Below, one piece after another: positions 15,001 through 30,000 of a DNA stretch of 64,000 nt (its first letter is position 1; every line of letters begins with the position of its first letter). The notes below the pieces were generated by a model. The model ran no database searches. It was given only the letters and a program-made list of their open reading frames with translations, and had not been told where the DNA came from. This stretch comes from an uncultured Gammaproteobacteria bacterium (GTDB lineage: Bacteria; Patescibacteriota; Microgenomatia; Levybacterales; GWA1-39-11), in contig CAYPEN010000001.1 of assembly GCA_964409875.1 (NCBI GenBank), positions 356,275 to 420,274 on the forward strand, given 5' to 3'. The position numbers were made by a program, and so were the translations under genes.

Positions 15001-18000
15001 ATAGCTAATGGAACCGTAACATTCTCTAATGCGACTGCATTCAATGCCCTCACTGCCCTTGCGAAAGTCGATAGTCTCCAGGTCGGCGGCGGATACGGTT
15101 CAACAGGGGTAACTATTGGTAATACCGGTAACATCCAGGCAAATGGAACATTGACCGTTGACGGGACGTCAACTCTTACGGGAAATGTTACCGCCTCTGG
15201 AGACCTGGCTGTCAATGGAGCGACAAGCGCTGATATAACAACAACAACCGCAACCGCAACACTCTTTAATACTAATGCAACAACCCTTAATATCGGAGGC
15301 GCAGCAACAACCCTTACTCTTGGTGCAGGTGGCGGAACGACAACATTAACCAACAATCTGGCTGTAACTCTGAACGACAATTCTGTCGATGCGCTTGATA
15401 TACAGGAAGGGACAAATAATTACATCAATGTAAATACTACAGATGGTTCTGAAAACATTTCCTTTGGCAACACCACAACCAATCCGACATACTCATTCTT
15501 AGGTACGGGCGCGACAACCTTCTCAGGTAACATCAATGCCAATTCCGGAACCATTGCTACAAATCAAACTACGGGCAACGTATTCAACACAAATGCAACA
15601 ACTTTGAATATCGGTGGTGCCGCAACCAGCTACACGTTGGGTGCGACGAATGCAACCGGTAACGTAAGGGGCACTACCATCAACTTCCCGAATGCAACCG
15701 CCCTTAATGCTTCATCGGCATTAGCAACCCTTGACTCCGTTTCAGTGGGTGGCGGATACGGTTCGACGGGTACAACACTTTCAAATACCGGCAACATCCA
15801 GGCGAACGGGACATTAACTGTTGATGGCATATCAACGTTGACAGGAGATGTGACTACATCAGGGGATGTTGCTGTTAACGGTGGAGACCTAACAACAACT
15901 GCTGCTACTGCTACACTCTTTAATACAAATGCGACCACCCTTAATATTGGTGGCGCGGCAACGGCTTTAACATTAGGTGCAACAACAGGCACAACCTCTA
16001 TCAGAAACAACCTTATTGTTTCGGGAACATCGACATTCAACGGAGATGTGACCGTTTCAAATGCACGCTCATTTGATGCGTCGGGATCTGCTACCTTTAC
16101 ACCTTCCGGCACAAATGGGGTCACTATCAATACAGATGCGGATTCGTACCTGACTCTTACCGGACTTTCTTCAAGCACGGGAACTCCAATTTGTCTTGAC
16201 GGCTCAAACCATGTAATCGCATGTGCAAACGCAACGCTCTCACTCCAAAATGCATACAATGGCGGAAACACTATTGACACATCAGACAGTAGAGATATTG
16301 CATTTAATCTGTCAGACACCACAACCGACAGCAATTTTGCTGTGACGACCACGACCGGCTCAACAGGCTACAGCGCATTTACCAGGGCCGACGGCGCAGG
16401 AACAGCAGACCCAGCACAGCTCGTTCTTATCCAAAACCTTGATACCAATCGTGCACAGCCGATTGGCTTGAAAGTCGCAGGAGTCTCAGGAGGCAACATC
16501 ACAACAGGAATTGATTTGACCGATTCCAACCTGACGACCGCTTTGGCACTCGGGGCTAACAATGTGTCGGCAACCAACTTCTCGATAGCAGGTTCGACAG
16601 GGAACATCACGACTTCAGGAGATGTAGCTGTAAACGGCGGCGACTTGACAACAACCAATGCTACCGCAACCCTATTTAACGCGAATGCGACAAATCTTTC
16701 AATCGGAAGCGCAGCAACAACTTACACAGTGGGTAGCAACACGGCAACGGGCAATATTCACGGTACAACAGTCAACTTTAATAATGCAACCGCTCTTAAC
16801 GCCGCGTCCGCCTTGGCAACCCTCGATTCCGTTTCAGTGGGCGGTGGATACGGCTCAACCGGAGTTTCCATCTCTAACGCGGGTAATATCCAAGCAAATG
16901 GTGACTTAACTATTGACGGGGCATCAACGCTTACAGGGAACTCGTCTGTCGGTGGCACCTTTGATGTAACGGGTGCAACCACACTCCACTCGACGCTAGC
17001 CGTTACAAGCACCGGTACATTTGGCGGGGACATCAATGCAAATTCCGGCACCATTGCTACCAATCAGACAACCGGCAACATCTTCACGACTAACGCTACC
17101 ACTCTTAATATAGGAAGCGCAGCAACAACCGTCTCGCTCGGAGCGGGAAGCGGTACAACAACAGTCAACAATGCCCTGACGGCAACAGGTCTTATCACCG
17201 GTAACGCAGGGGTAACGGTTCCTTCCGGCCAGACTCTTTCTGCAAGCGGTCAGTCGACCTTTGCACCGAATTCAACAAATGACATAACATTTACAACCGA
17301 TGCTGACTCAACGATACATATCACAGGCCTTAGTGATACTACCGGTACACCACTTTGTCTGAACGGAACAAACGATGTTATTACCTGCTCGGGAAATAGC
17401 ATTACCCTGCAAAATGCGTATAACGGCGGCAACACAATTGACACATCTGACAACCGGGATATTGCGTTCAATCTGTCAAATACAACAACCGACAGCAATT
17501 TTGCTGTGACGACCACGACCGGCTCAACGGGCTACAGTGCATTTACAAGAGCAGACGGAGCTGGAACTGCAGACCCGGCACAATTGGTTCTCATCAAAAA
17601 TCTTGATACCAACCGGGCTCAGCCGATTGGCTTGAAAGTCGCAGGAGTTTCAGGAGGTAACATAACAACGGGAATTGATCTTACCGACAGCAACCTGACC
17701 ACCGCTCTTGCTTTGGGAGCAAACAATGTGTCAGCAACCAATTTCTCCCTCACCGGTTCAACGGGAGATATAACTACCGCTGGGGATATTGCAGTCAACG
17801 GCGGAGACGTGACTACAACTTCTTCAACCGGCAACCTCTTCAATGCGAATGCAACAACCGTTAATATTGCAGGCGCAGGGACCGGGGTCACAATCGGTGC
17901 CAACAATTCGGGAACGACGACCATCAGAAATGCTGCCGTTACATTCTCAAACGCTTCAACATTTGATGCGCTGAGCGCGACAGCCGGATTTGACACAGTT

Positions 18001-21000
18001 AACGTTGGTGGTGGATACGGTTCAACCGGCACTACCCTTTCTAACACAGGCAATATCCAGGCAAATGGGAACCTCACTATTGACGGTACTTCATTGCTAA
18101 CTGGTGCAGTTACCGCTTCAAATGGTATTACCGTTTCTGGCACTACAACTGCAGATATTATCTCATCAAAGACAACCGCAAACTTGTTTAACACTACCGC
18201 TACTACTCTTAATGTCGGTGGTGCCGCAACGACACTAGCTTTGGGAGCGTCAACGGGAACGGCGACTATCAACAACCTTACTCTTTCACTGCCGAATGCA
18301 ACAACTATCAATGCAACCGCTGCAACGGCTAATATTGACACTCTTAATGTCGGTGCCGGATACGGTTCAACTGGAGTCACCGTATCCAATGCAGGCAACA
18401 TCCAAGCCAATGGTGATTTGACCATTGATGGTTTGACAACATTGACCGGAAATCTTACTGAGACAGGAGATATTGCACTTAACGGTGGAGATCTTACTTC
18501 AAGCGCATCGACATTTAATATAGTAAATGCGGGTGTAACAACGCTTAATATCGGAGGTGCGGCAACGACTGTTACGCTTGGTGCCGGAACCGGAACAACA
18601 ACATTGAACAACAATTTGACTGCAAACTTGGTTGATAACAATACCGACGCGCTTGATATACAGGAAGCATCAAACAACTACATTAATATCAATACAACCA
18701 ACGGTTCGGAGAATATCTCATTCGGAAACACCACGACCAATCCGACCTACTCATTCTTGGGAACCGGTGCATCAACATTTAGTGGCAATATCAATGCCAA
18801 TTCGGGAACCATTGCGACCAATCAAACGACCGGTAATTTATTCAATACGACGGCAACCACACTTAATCTCGGTGGTGCAGCAACCACTTTAACTATTGGC
18901 GCAACTACCGGAACGGCCTCGGTGAGAAATGCAAATGTTACTCTTCCGAACGCGCTCGTAGGAATCGGCACAAACTCGCCAGCATCAGCATTGTTCGTAA
19001 CACGCCCGGCAAACCTTGCGTTTACCGGAAAAGCCGTAGCAATTTTTGACCAGAATGAGAACCAGGATATTATCACGGCCTCAGCATCCGGTACAACACG
19101 ATTTACGGTTGCAAGAACAGGAGATGTGGCAACATCTGGAGACGTAAATGTAAATGGAGGGGATATCATTACTTCTACTACAGGAACTGCGACGGTATTT
19201 AACACCAACGCCACAACCCTTAACATAGGTGGAGCTGCGACGGCGATTTCAATAGGGAATGGTTCAGGTTCAACAACCGTCAATAATGCACTCACGGCTG
19301 CTGGAACTATAAGTGCCAATGGAGGTTTGAATGTTGCAACCAACCAAACGCTTCAAGCGCTGGGACAATCAACCTTCACACCTTCAGGCACCAATGGTGT
19401 TACTATCACAACAGACAGTGATTCATTCCTGACGCTCGACGGTTTGCAATCATCATCAGGAACCGCACTTTGTGTGGATGGATCTAACCATGTGATAACC
19501 TGTGCAGCCGCCTCACAAAGCTTGCAGGCAGCCTACAACAATGGCAATACCATCAACACTTCCAACAACAGAGATATAGCCTTCACATTGTCCGATACAG
19601 CAACCGACAGTAACTTCACCGTGACTACGGCTGCAGGCTCAACAAGCACTTCAAAATTTGTGCTTGCAGATGGCTCTAATGCTACTCCGCCCTCCCAGCT
19701 CATACTGATTGACAATGCAGACAGCAACCAAGCCTTGACCTCGGGTCTCAAAGTGACCGCTTCAGGAGGAGCCGGAGGCGGCGTTACAACTGCATTGGAT
19801 GTATCTGACTCGTCAATTGTAACGGCTATTGATTTGGGTGCAAATGATATAGCCGGTACGAATTTCTCGGTTGACGGCTCGACAGGAGACACAACTATTG
19901 CAGGTACTATTAATGCAAATGGGGGAACTATTGCTACCACCAACACATCGGCAAGCGTGTTCAATGCAACTGCTACGACACTTAACGTGGGTGGCGCAGC
20001 GACATCCCTTACGCTCGGTGCGACAACAGGTACGGCTTCTATTAGAAATGCCACACTGTCATTGCCCAATGCAACAACGGTTAATGCAACAGGTGCAACC
20101 GCCAACTTCTCGCAGGTAACAACCGGAGGAGGATATGCCTCAACAGGAACGTCAATCACTAACACTGGCGACATTTCAGCAAAAGGAAACCTGACCATTG
20201 ATGGTACATCACAATTAACAGGCGCTCTTACAGCCTCTGCCGGCATCACTGTTTCTGGCGCTTCATCAGCTGACCTTATCTCATCAAAGACAACCGCAAA
20301 TCTGTTCAATACTACAGCCACAACGCTTAATATCGGTGGCGCTGCCACAACCATATCCCTCGGTGCCGCAGGAGGAACGACAACGGTGAATGGTGGCTTG
20401 ACGGTTGCTTCCGGAAAAACGTTGCTTGCCCAAGGGCAGTCAACATTTACCCCTTCCGGCACCAATGGGGTAACAATAAATACTGACTCTGATTCATTCC
20501 TGACCATTACCGGCCTTTCATCTGTTACGGGAAGCGCAGTTTGTGTGGATGGCTCTAACCATGTCGGAACCTGTAACGCCGCCTCACAAAGCTTGCAGGC
20601 AGCCTACAACAATGGCAACACCATTCTAACTTCAGACAACAGGGATATTGCATTTACTCTTTCAGATACCACAACCGACAGTAAGTTCACTGTTACAACT
20701 GCAACGGGGGCAACCGGCGGTAGTGAATTCACAAGAGCAGACGGAGCTGGAACTGCAGACCCTTCACAATTGGTTCTCATCAAAAATCTTGATACCAACA
20801 GAGCCCTTCCTGTAGGTCTTAAGATTGCAGGGGTAACTGGTGGAAATGTTACGACGGCAATTGATCTTTCAGACACCAATATTACAACTGCCCTCTCCCT
20901 TGGAGTTGGTGATGTTACTGCCACCCACTACACCATTACTGGTTCTAATGGAAATATCTCAACTGATGGAACGTTGACCGTTAAGGGCGGAACAATCGGC

Positions 21001-24000
21001 ACTAATCAAGCGTCATTTGACCTTCTCAATGCAACCGCGACAACCATCAACTTTGGAGGAGCTGCCTCAACCCTCAATATCGGAGCAACAGGTGGAACGG
21101 CTACCATCGCAAATGACACCCTATCACTTCCAAATGCTACCGGAATTAACGCAGGCTCAGCTGTTTTGACAATTGATTCCGCTTCAATTGGTGGCGGATA
21201 CGGTTCAACTGGAATTGCTCTCTCAAATACTGGGGACGTATCGGCAAATGGGAATCTTACAATTGACGGTACCTCCCAATTAACAGGAGCGGTTACTGCC
21301 TCAGCCGGCATTACTGTCTCAGGTGCATCAAGTGCAGACCTTATCTCATCAAAGACAACTGCCAACCTATTCAATACAACAGCTACAACTCTTAACATCG
21401 GCGGTGCTGCCACAACCCTTTCACTTGGAGCAGCAGCAGGCACTACAACCGTGAATGGTAATTTAACAGTCGGAGCAAATAAGACATTGACTTCAACAGG
21501 TGCTGTGTCCTTTACCCCATCAGGCACTAATGGCGTGACCATCACAACTGATACTGATTCATTCCTGACGGTTCCCGGCCTTACAACAACTGTTGGTGTC
21601 CAGCCGGCTGTCTGTATCGACGGGTCAAATCACATAGTGAAGTGCGATGCCACAGCCAACAATAGCTTGCAGACTGCATACAACAATGGAAATACCATAT
21701 TTACCTCCAACAATAGGGATATCGCATTCACCTTGTCAGATACTGCAACCGACAGCAACTTTACTGTCACTACCGCTGCGGGCTCGACAAGCACTTCAAA
21801 GTTTGTGTTAGCTGACGGTTCCAACCCTACACCAGCCGCGCAACTTGTTCTTATAGATAATGCTGACGCCAATCAACCTGCTACCGCCGGCCTTAAAGTT
21901 ACATCAACCGGTGGCGGAGGTGTCACTACCGCACTTGATGTATCCGATGCAAGTATTGTTACAGGACTTGCGCTCGGAGGAAGTGCAATAACGGGCACTA
22001 ACTTCAATGTTGCAAGCACGGGAGACATTACAACCGCCGCAAATATAGCTGTGAACGGCGGGTCGATTACTACCTCAGGTGCAACAGGTTCGGTGTTTGA
22101 CACTAATGCAACGACAGTTACTGTTGGTAGCGCGGCAACTTCATATACACTTGGTGCGACAACGGCAACTGGGAACCTCAGGGGTACTACCATCAACTTC
22201 CCGAATGCCACAACCATTTCAGCAGGAAGTGCTGCTCTAAATGTTCTCTCAACTGCTATCGGCGGCGGGTATGGATCAACTGGATTGAGTATTACCAATG
22301 CAGGTGATTTATCAACAAATGGAAACGTCACTGTTGATGGTACCTCCCAATTAACAGGAGCGGTTACTGCCTCAGCCGGCATTACTGTCTCAGGTGCATC
22401 AAGTGCAGACCTTATCTCATCAAAGACAACTGCCAACCTATTCAATACAACAGCTACAACTCTTAACATCGGCGGTGCTGCCACAACCCTTTCACTTGGA
22501 GCAGCAGCAGGCACTACAACCGTGAATGGTAATTTAACTGTTGCTTCGTCAAAGACCTTGTCAGCTCTTGGACCAGTTTCACTTGATCCTAACGCAGCAA
22601 ATGATGTAACCATTACAACAGACTACACAGCAGGTTCTTACTTGGTTATTCCAGGGCTTGATACCCAAGCAGGCTCGATACTTTGCGTAGACGGGTCAAA
22701 TAATGTTGTTAAGTGCGCAGCTTCTTCCCAAAGTTTACAAACTACTTATAATGCCGGAAACACTATAAATACTTCTGATGCCCGTGATATTGCATTTACT
22801 CTTTCCGATACCACAACCGATAGCAAATTCACGGTTACCACAGCAGACGGTTCTACCGGTTATTCACTATTCGAACGGGCAAATGGAACGGGAGTTGCCG
22901 ATCCGTCACAGTTAATACTTGTGAATAATGCAGATACCAACAGACCCGTGCCAACAGGAATCAAGGTTACTTCATCAGGCGGTGGCGGAGTAACAACTGC
23001 ACTTGATGTATCCGATTCGGGAATAACCACCGGTCTTGCGCTTGGCGCGACGGCGATTACCGGTACCAACTTTAGCGTGACTTCGGGTGGTTCAATCACT
23101 GCCGCAGGAGATGCAGCCATTAATAACGGCAACATTACAACTACGTCAACAGGAACTGCCGCTGTCTTTAACACTAATGCGACTACCCTTAACATGGGCG
23201 GAGACGCAACTGCCTATACGTTGGGTGCGACAACGGCAACCGGGAACCTCAGGGGTACTACCATCAACTTCCCGAATGCAACAACCATTTCTGCGGGAAG
23301 CGCTGACCTTAATATCCTCTCAACCTCAATTGGAGGGGGTTACGGCTCAACGGGGGTAACAATAACCAATGCCGGAGATATTTCGACTGATGGAAATGTA
23401 GTGATAGGTGGAACAACTACCTCAACCGGTCTTGTGACGGCTTCAACAGGTCTTAAAGTAAACGGTGCTTCTCAGGCTGATATTACAACGGATAAGACAA
23501 CTGCCACTGTCTTTAACTCAACAGCAACAACCCTTAAATTGGGAGAGGCTGCAACGACCGTTTCAATTGGTGCTGGAGGAGGAACAACGACTGTTAATGG
23601 AGCGCTCACCGTTGCATCCGGCAAGACATTTACGGCAAATGGCGCAGTAAGTCTTGCGCCATCAGGCTCAAATGGGGTCACTATTAATACGCCTAACGGT
23701 TCATCGTCATACCTGTCTCTCCTTGGGTTAACCGGCGGAGCAGGAACTTCCCTTTGTATTGATGGCTCGAATCACGTTGTTACATGTAGCGCAGGCTCAT
23801 CTGCTGCTACCCTGCAATCTGCATATAACACCGGAAACACCATCAACACTTCAGACAACAAAGACATAGCCTTCTCTCTGTCTGATACATCAACCGATAG
23901 TAAGTTTACTGTCACAACTGCTACTAATTCTACAGGCGGAACAGAATTCTTAAGGGCAGATGGTGCTGGTACAAATGACCCTTCACAATTGGTTCTTATA

Positions 24001-27000
24001 AAAAACCAAGATACGAATCGCGCGCTCCCAATTGGTCTTAAGGTTGCAGGTGTGTCGGGTGGAAATGTAACGACAGCACTTGATGTTTCGGATGCAAACG
24101 TTGTTACCGGTCTCGCATTAGGAGCATCCGCGATTACCGGTACCAATTTCGGAGTAGCTACCAACGGCGATATCACAACCGGTGGAGATATTGCTGTTAA
24201 TGGAGGAGACATTACAACCTCAAATACAACGGCTACAGTATTTAATACAAATGCCACGTCTGTCAATGCATTCGGTGATGCTACGACATTAATACTTGGC
24301 GCCAACAATTCCGGAACGGCAACCATCAGAAATTCGACCGTTACTCTTTCAAATGCAACGGCATTTAATGCAACGAGTGCTACCGGCGCCTTCAGCGTTT
24401 TGACAACAGGCGGCGGATACGCATCAGCAGGGACAACCATTGGTGCAACAGGCAACATTCAGACAAAGGGAGCACTTACCATAGACTCAACATCTACCTT
24501 GACCGGTCTGGTTACCGCATCAAGCGGCATAAAAATTAACGGTACGACGAGTGCTGACATCACAACGGATAAGACAACGGCAAACATCTTTGACTCAACC
24601 GCTACTACCATCAATCTCGGAGGCGGCGCAACAACTGCTCTCAATATTGCAAACGGTACCACCAACTACTCTGCTATTAATATAGGAAACGGGAATATCA
24701 CCTCAGGCACGAATACCATAGCAATTGGAAATGGAGCATCCGGCACAGGAGTTGAGGCAATAACCATTGGTAGCACAAATTCTTCGTCATCATTAGCGCT
24801 TAATGCAGGAACCGGCAATATATCTCTCTCGTCTGCCGGTACGCTCTCATTTACGGGTAGTGGCGCGTCATCGACAACGACATTCAATGTTCCATCAAGC
24901 CTGGCTTCAGCCTTTGACATCAAGCAGGCCGGAAATGATTACCTCAATATTTCAACAAACGGTACTCCTTCGCTTACTTTTGGAAACGGTACCACCAACC
25001 CAACCTACAGCTTTGCCGGAACAGGAAATGTCACGATAACAGGTGACCTTATTGTTAACGGTGGAGATGTTTCTGCAACCTCAGGAACATCTGTCAATCT
25101 CTTCAATACAGCTCAGACAACTTCTCTTAATGTTGGCGGATCTGCAGATGTTGCGCTCGGTGGTTCATCAAAGACCGTGACCGTTGGAGGAAACTTGACC
25201 GTCAACGGTGCGACTACGTCACTTGCTTCAACTGCTATTAATCTAACCGGAAATGGAGTAACCCTTGACCAGTCAGGTACGGGAACTTTGAGCATTAACA
25301 CAACCACCAATCGAGCAATCACACTTGGTTCGGGCACATTAACGCTTAACGGTAACACCATCAACCTTGCTGGTTCTGCTCCTGCTATTGCTGCAACAAC
25401 AACAAATGCTGCGCTTGCGCTTGACAGTAACGGAAGTGGCGCTCTTAACCTTCAAGGAACCAACAGTACTGGTAATGTAAATATAGCTGGAGGTTCAGGG
25501 TCAACAGGATGTACCATCACAAACTCAACCGGAGCGTTGGTTTGTGCAGGTTCCATAACATCAAATGCATCAACCGGAACCGTACAGCAAGGTTTCTTTA
25601 CCAAAGATTACAATACAAAGGTAATTTCAAATACCGCAGGAGATGACTACTTTGCCCTCGCAACATCAGGAGGAGCCAATTCTCTCCTATCCCTCTCATC
25701 ATCAGCTCTCACAACAAGCGGCGTTGCAGCATTTAATAATGCAGTTACCATTTCAGGCACTGCCGCTTCATCAACGTACTATGGCCAAAAGTTAGCCGTT
25801 ACTAATAACCAAGCTACAAATGCCGATACGGTGTACGGTCAATACATAACCTTCACCGATGCGGGAAGCTTAGCAAACACCATAACTGGTCTTTATGTGG
25901 ACGCTTCAACTGCAAACACTGCAGACACAACATATGCTGCAGTGTTTAGGAACACGTCAGGTGCGGCGGGGGTTGTCGGAATCGGAACTTCTGCTCCGAC
26001 TGCCGACCTTGACATCTCATCAGCACAGACTACCGGAAATGTCTTGAAGATTACCGATAACTCAATTACATCGGGCAACTTTATAACGGTTTCAAATAAG
26101 AACGCAAATTCTGTTACACCTTCAATACTAACCCTTAATGACCGCGATTTGACTGTCGGAGGGCACACAGACTTTAAGGCACCGGCCGGAAATGGGACCA
26201 TTTCCGACGTATTTGTGTATGACACTACAAAGGATTCAGACGGAGGTAACTGGACTGATAGTGATGCAGCGCGCTCCTCTTCGTGGTACAACGAGACACT
26301 TGACCACGCAGCTTCTACCTGTGTCGAGGGCACAGATGACAGGTGCGGACAACGAGCCTTCCCGCGAAAAGCGATAATTGTTGCAACCAATAGCGGTTCA
26401 AATGGAGCAAATGTTTCAATTTATGATGCCAAAGACAATTCACTTTGGATGCAGTTCCAAAAGAGCGGTTCGACAGATGGCATGATCGGTACTGCTACAA
26501 GCAACACTATTTCCTCAGTCTATGCTCTTAACGGAAAACTTTATGTCGGAAATAACGGTGCTTCAGCTGGAGGACTGTATGTCATCGACTTTACCCGAGA
26601 CACTGCATATAAATACAAGGCAACAGGAAATTACAATGGTTCGCTTCCAATTTCAAGCAGAAATTCTGCCAACACCTGGCTTGCGTATACAACGACAGGC
26701 AATAGCCTTATACCAAGCGCTACTATCAACCATGTAAGGGCTGCCTACATTCACGGGAAAGATTACTTTGCGGTCGCTACAGCCGGTGGAACAAGAGGAG
26801 CGGTTGGTCTCTTCAATTACACAACCCAAACACTAATTGCAAACTTTGGGGCGAACACTAACTCTACTCACGTTGCGCTTACCCCGAACGGCACACTCTA
26901 TTACACGATCACAAGCGGCAGCAATAATGCTATAAAGGCAAAGTACAATGCAATCTCAGCGTCAGGCAACACGCAGCTTGCAAGCGTAGTATACGGAACA

Positions 27001-30000
27001 ACATCAACTTCAAATTATGGAGCAACAACTACTGATACCAATACTTTTGGAAGCCTTTCATTCACGGCAGGACCTGCTCCTGTTGATGCAACATTTGCTC
27101 CAACGGGTCTTACTGTTGTTCCCAACTCTTCAACGGTTGATGGAACGTCAGATGTCATCTATGCTCCAAATGCTGATAACGTCTTAAGAATTGATACAAA
27201 GTACGGAGACGAGACGAATGGCATGGCTAAATACTACAATGCCAACTTTATTTCAGAAGACCTTATCGGTGACATCAGGGGCTACTTGCCATTTAATGGC
27301 TCTGGCAGCCTTGCAAATAATACGGCAATCACCGGTTCAACAGTGAAGGGCAATTCTTACATATCAAAGAATGCTAACGGAACCGGTATGGCGTATGGTT
27401 CAGGTGTCAGAGGAACAGGCCTTACCGGCATGACAACAGACGACTACATTTGTACTGGTTCAGGAAGTACTTGTGCAGATGATGCCGACTTTGATACGAC
27501 GACAGGAAGCATGACATTCGGAGCATGGGTAAAGAGGTCTTCAACAGGTTCTCTTCAAACAATTATGGCAAAGATGGGGAACGCCAATGCAGACCGCGCG
27601 TTCAGGCTTTCAATGAGTTCAACAGACTTCCCCACCCTTGAGGTAATGAATGGTACGGGAACCACAAGGACTGCTACCTCAGGTCAGGCAATAACAGACA
27701 CGACTAACTGGCACTATGTTGTCGGAGTATTCGACAACTCCGGCGGAAATCAGTATCTGTACGTTGATGGCGTTCAGGTAGCAACAACTACCAACACAAA
27801 TGACTCTGCCAACTCTGGTGTTGCATTCACCGTTGGTGCAGACCTCTCTGGCGCCTCAAACGCTGCAGCTGACTTCTGGAACGGTTCTATTGATGAACCG
27901 TTCTTCACAAGTGAAGTATTGTCCGCTACCCAAATCCAGCATATGTATGCTGTTGGACTTCAAGCTCTCCAAAACCACACCGCTTCCAGAGTCACAGGAG
28001 TAACAGGAGCTGATACCTATCAGAGGCTTTCGGGTGGTGGTAGTGCGGGTGTGGGTGTTTCAACTGCAACGTCAGTTGCAGTTGATGATAGTAATTCTAA
28101 GGTATTCATAGGTACAAGCGACGGTACAACAAATACCGGCGGCGTGTCGGTTATCTCAAATGCTTCCGATTCTCTGGTTGACCTATACTCTTCGGTCAAT
28201 ACTACGAAAGTTGACGACGGGAATAATACAATTGCAGCAAATGATGTGGTTGCTGTTTCGGTTTCAGGAAGCCCAACCAACGGTCAAGTTTTGGCTATTG
28301 GAGGTACAAATGACACTACCTATAAGGTCTGGGCTGAAACAAAGGATGTAAGCTTCCAGAACTTTATTGCCTCAAACTACAATCCCTTTGGAACAACACT
28401 AGTCCAACAGAACTTGAATGTAAATGGAATACTAAGTCTTAATAATGGAGGCATTGTATCAACGAGCACTAATTTCAATATCGACTTGCCTACCCTTTCC
28501 ACCTTCAGCATTTCAAATAGCTTGGGTACTATTCTTGCCCTGACCGATACGGCAACTACAGACACGCTCAGCCTTGGACTTGCAGGTTCCCGCAATGGCG
28601 CCATCTCATTCCAATCATCCGGCGCAGGAATTTCGGCACCGACAATTGCTGCAGACAGTCTTGGGAATTTGACCGTCCAGACAAATCAGTCGGGCACAAA
28701 TGTGACCGTCGGAAGCGGAAACGGAGCCATCAACATTGTTCCGACAAGCAACAACAACGTATTTGTATCACTTGGCTCCGGAGGCGCAACGGGAGATGTT
28801 CTTTACCAATCAAATGGAACGACATTCTCAACATTTACCGATACTGGGCGCGTCGGGGTAGGTAATTTCACCCCAACCGGATTCAAGTTTGAGGTTCAGG
28901 ATTCGCAGACTGCTTCTGCAGCTGCTCAAATTTACAATACATCAAGCAACACAGATGCTGACGGCCTTGTTGTGAAGCTTGGAAACACCTCGACCACGAC
29001 AGTATCAACGACAAATCATTTCATCAACTTTGAAACATCCGGAATTGGTATTGTCGGTAGCATCCAGGGTAATGGCGGTAAGAACGTCAACTACAAGACC
29101 AATGGTGTAGCTGACTTTTCTGAGTACATGAAGAAAGATCCGAATGAAGCTATACCTTGGGGTTCACTTGTTTGTCTTGGTACGGATGGAAATGTTCATC
29201 CATGCAACAACAACGGTGAGAAAGCTGTTGGAGTCGCTTCGGAATTCCCGACATTTACAGGAGGAGAAGATTTGGGTGACTCATCAATCACCGTTGGACT
29301 TTCAGGAATGGTGAATACCGTTGTTTCTAGCGCAAATGGTGACATCAATCCCGGAGACATGATTGCAGTATCCGCAACAACCGGTGTTGGGGTGAAGGCA
29401 ACCCAAGCTGGAGCAATAATCGGACGTGCTGTCGGTTCGTATTCCAATGCTGATACGAACGCAACAGGTAAGATTCTGGTTTCGGTTAATGTCGGGTACT
29501 ATGATCCGAATAATATTGCCACACACTTGAATTGGAACAATGGTACCCTTACTGCAGAAGGTGACCTGGTGACAACCGGCCAGCTTTCTGCAGGCACTGC
29601 TCTTCTTGGTTCAAGTGGTCAACTGTCGGTTGATGCTAACGGAAACATGTCGACGACCGGTGACATTATCGCCTCAAGTTTTGCTATTACAAACGGCAAG
29701 ATTTACTCCGACAACAATGGGAATCTTGTCAATCAGCTTGCAACAGATCTTAATGGCAACAACAATCCAACTAAGTTTGCCTTCAAGAATGCTGCCGGCA
29801 TGGAAGTTATGGGAATTGACAGTAATGGAAATGCGACCATTTCAGGAACTTTGACGACTAATATCGGTAACTACGATTTGGCAGAGGATTATCCGACCAA
29901 AGACGCAACAATTGAAGCAGGTGACGTTGTTGCGATTGATTCTGACAACGATACGCACATCACGAAGTCCCAGAAGGCATACGATACAGGCGTTATCGGT

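Noticed and set aside
6650-24100. Whether the long tandem repeats could be a CRISPR array
   Set aside because: The units are 1.1-2.1 kb, protein-coding and in one frame. There are no short palindromic repeats with unique spacers, and no cas genes in the window.
66-24923. Dozens of minus-strand and off-frame plus-strand ORFs of 60-350 aa inside the giant gene (for example 17619-18677, 19533-20507, 21873-22613), rich in Val, Pro and Ala
   Set aside because: They are antisense or frame-shifted read-throughs of ACN/GGN/GCN-rich repeat codons. They are low-complexity and tile the repeats, and the 31.5-kb sense frame explains the region.
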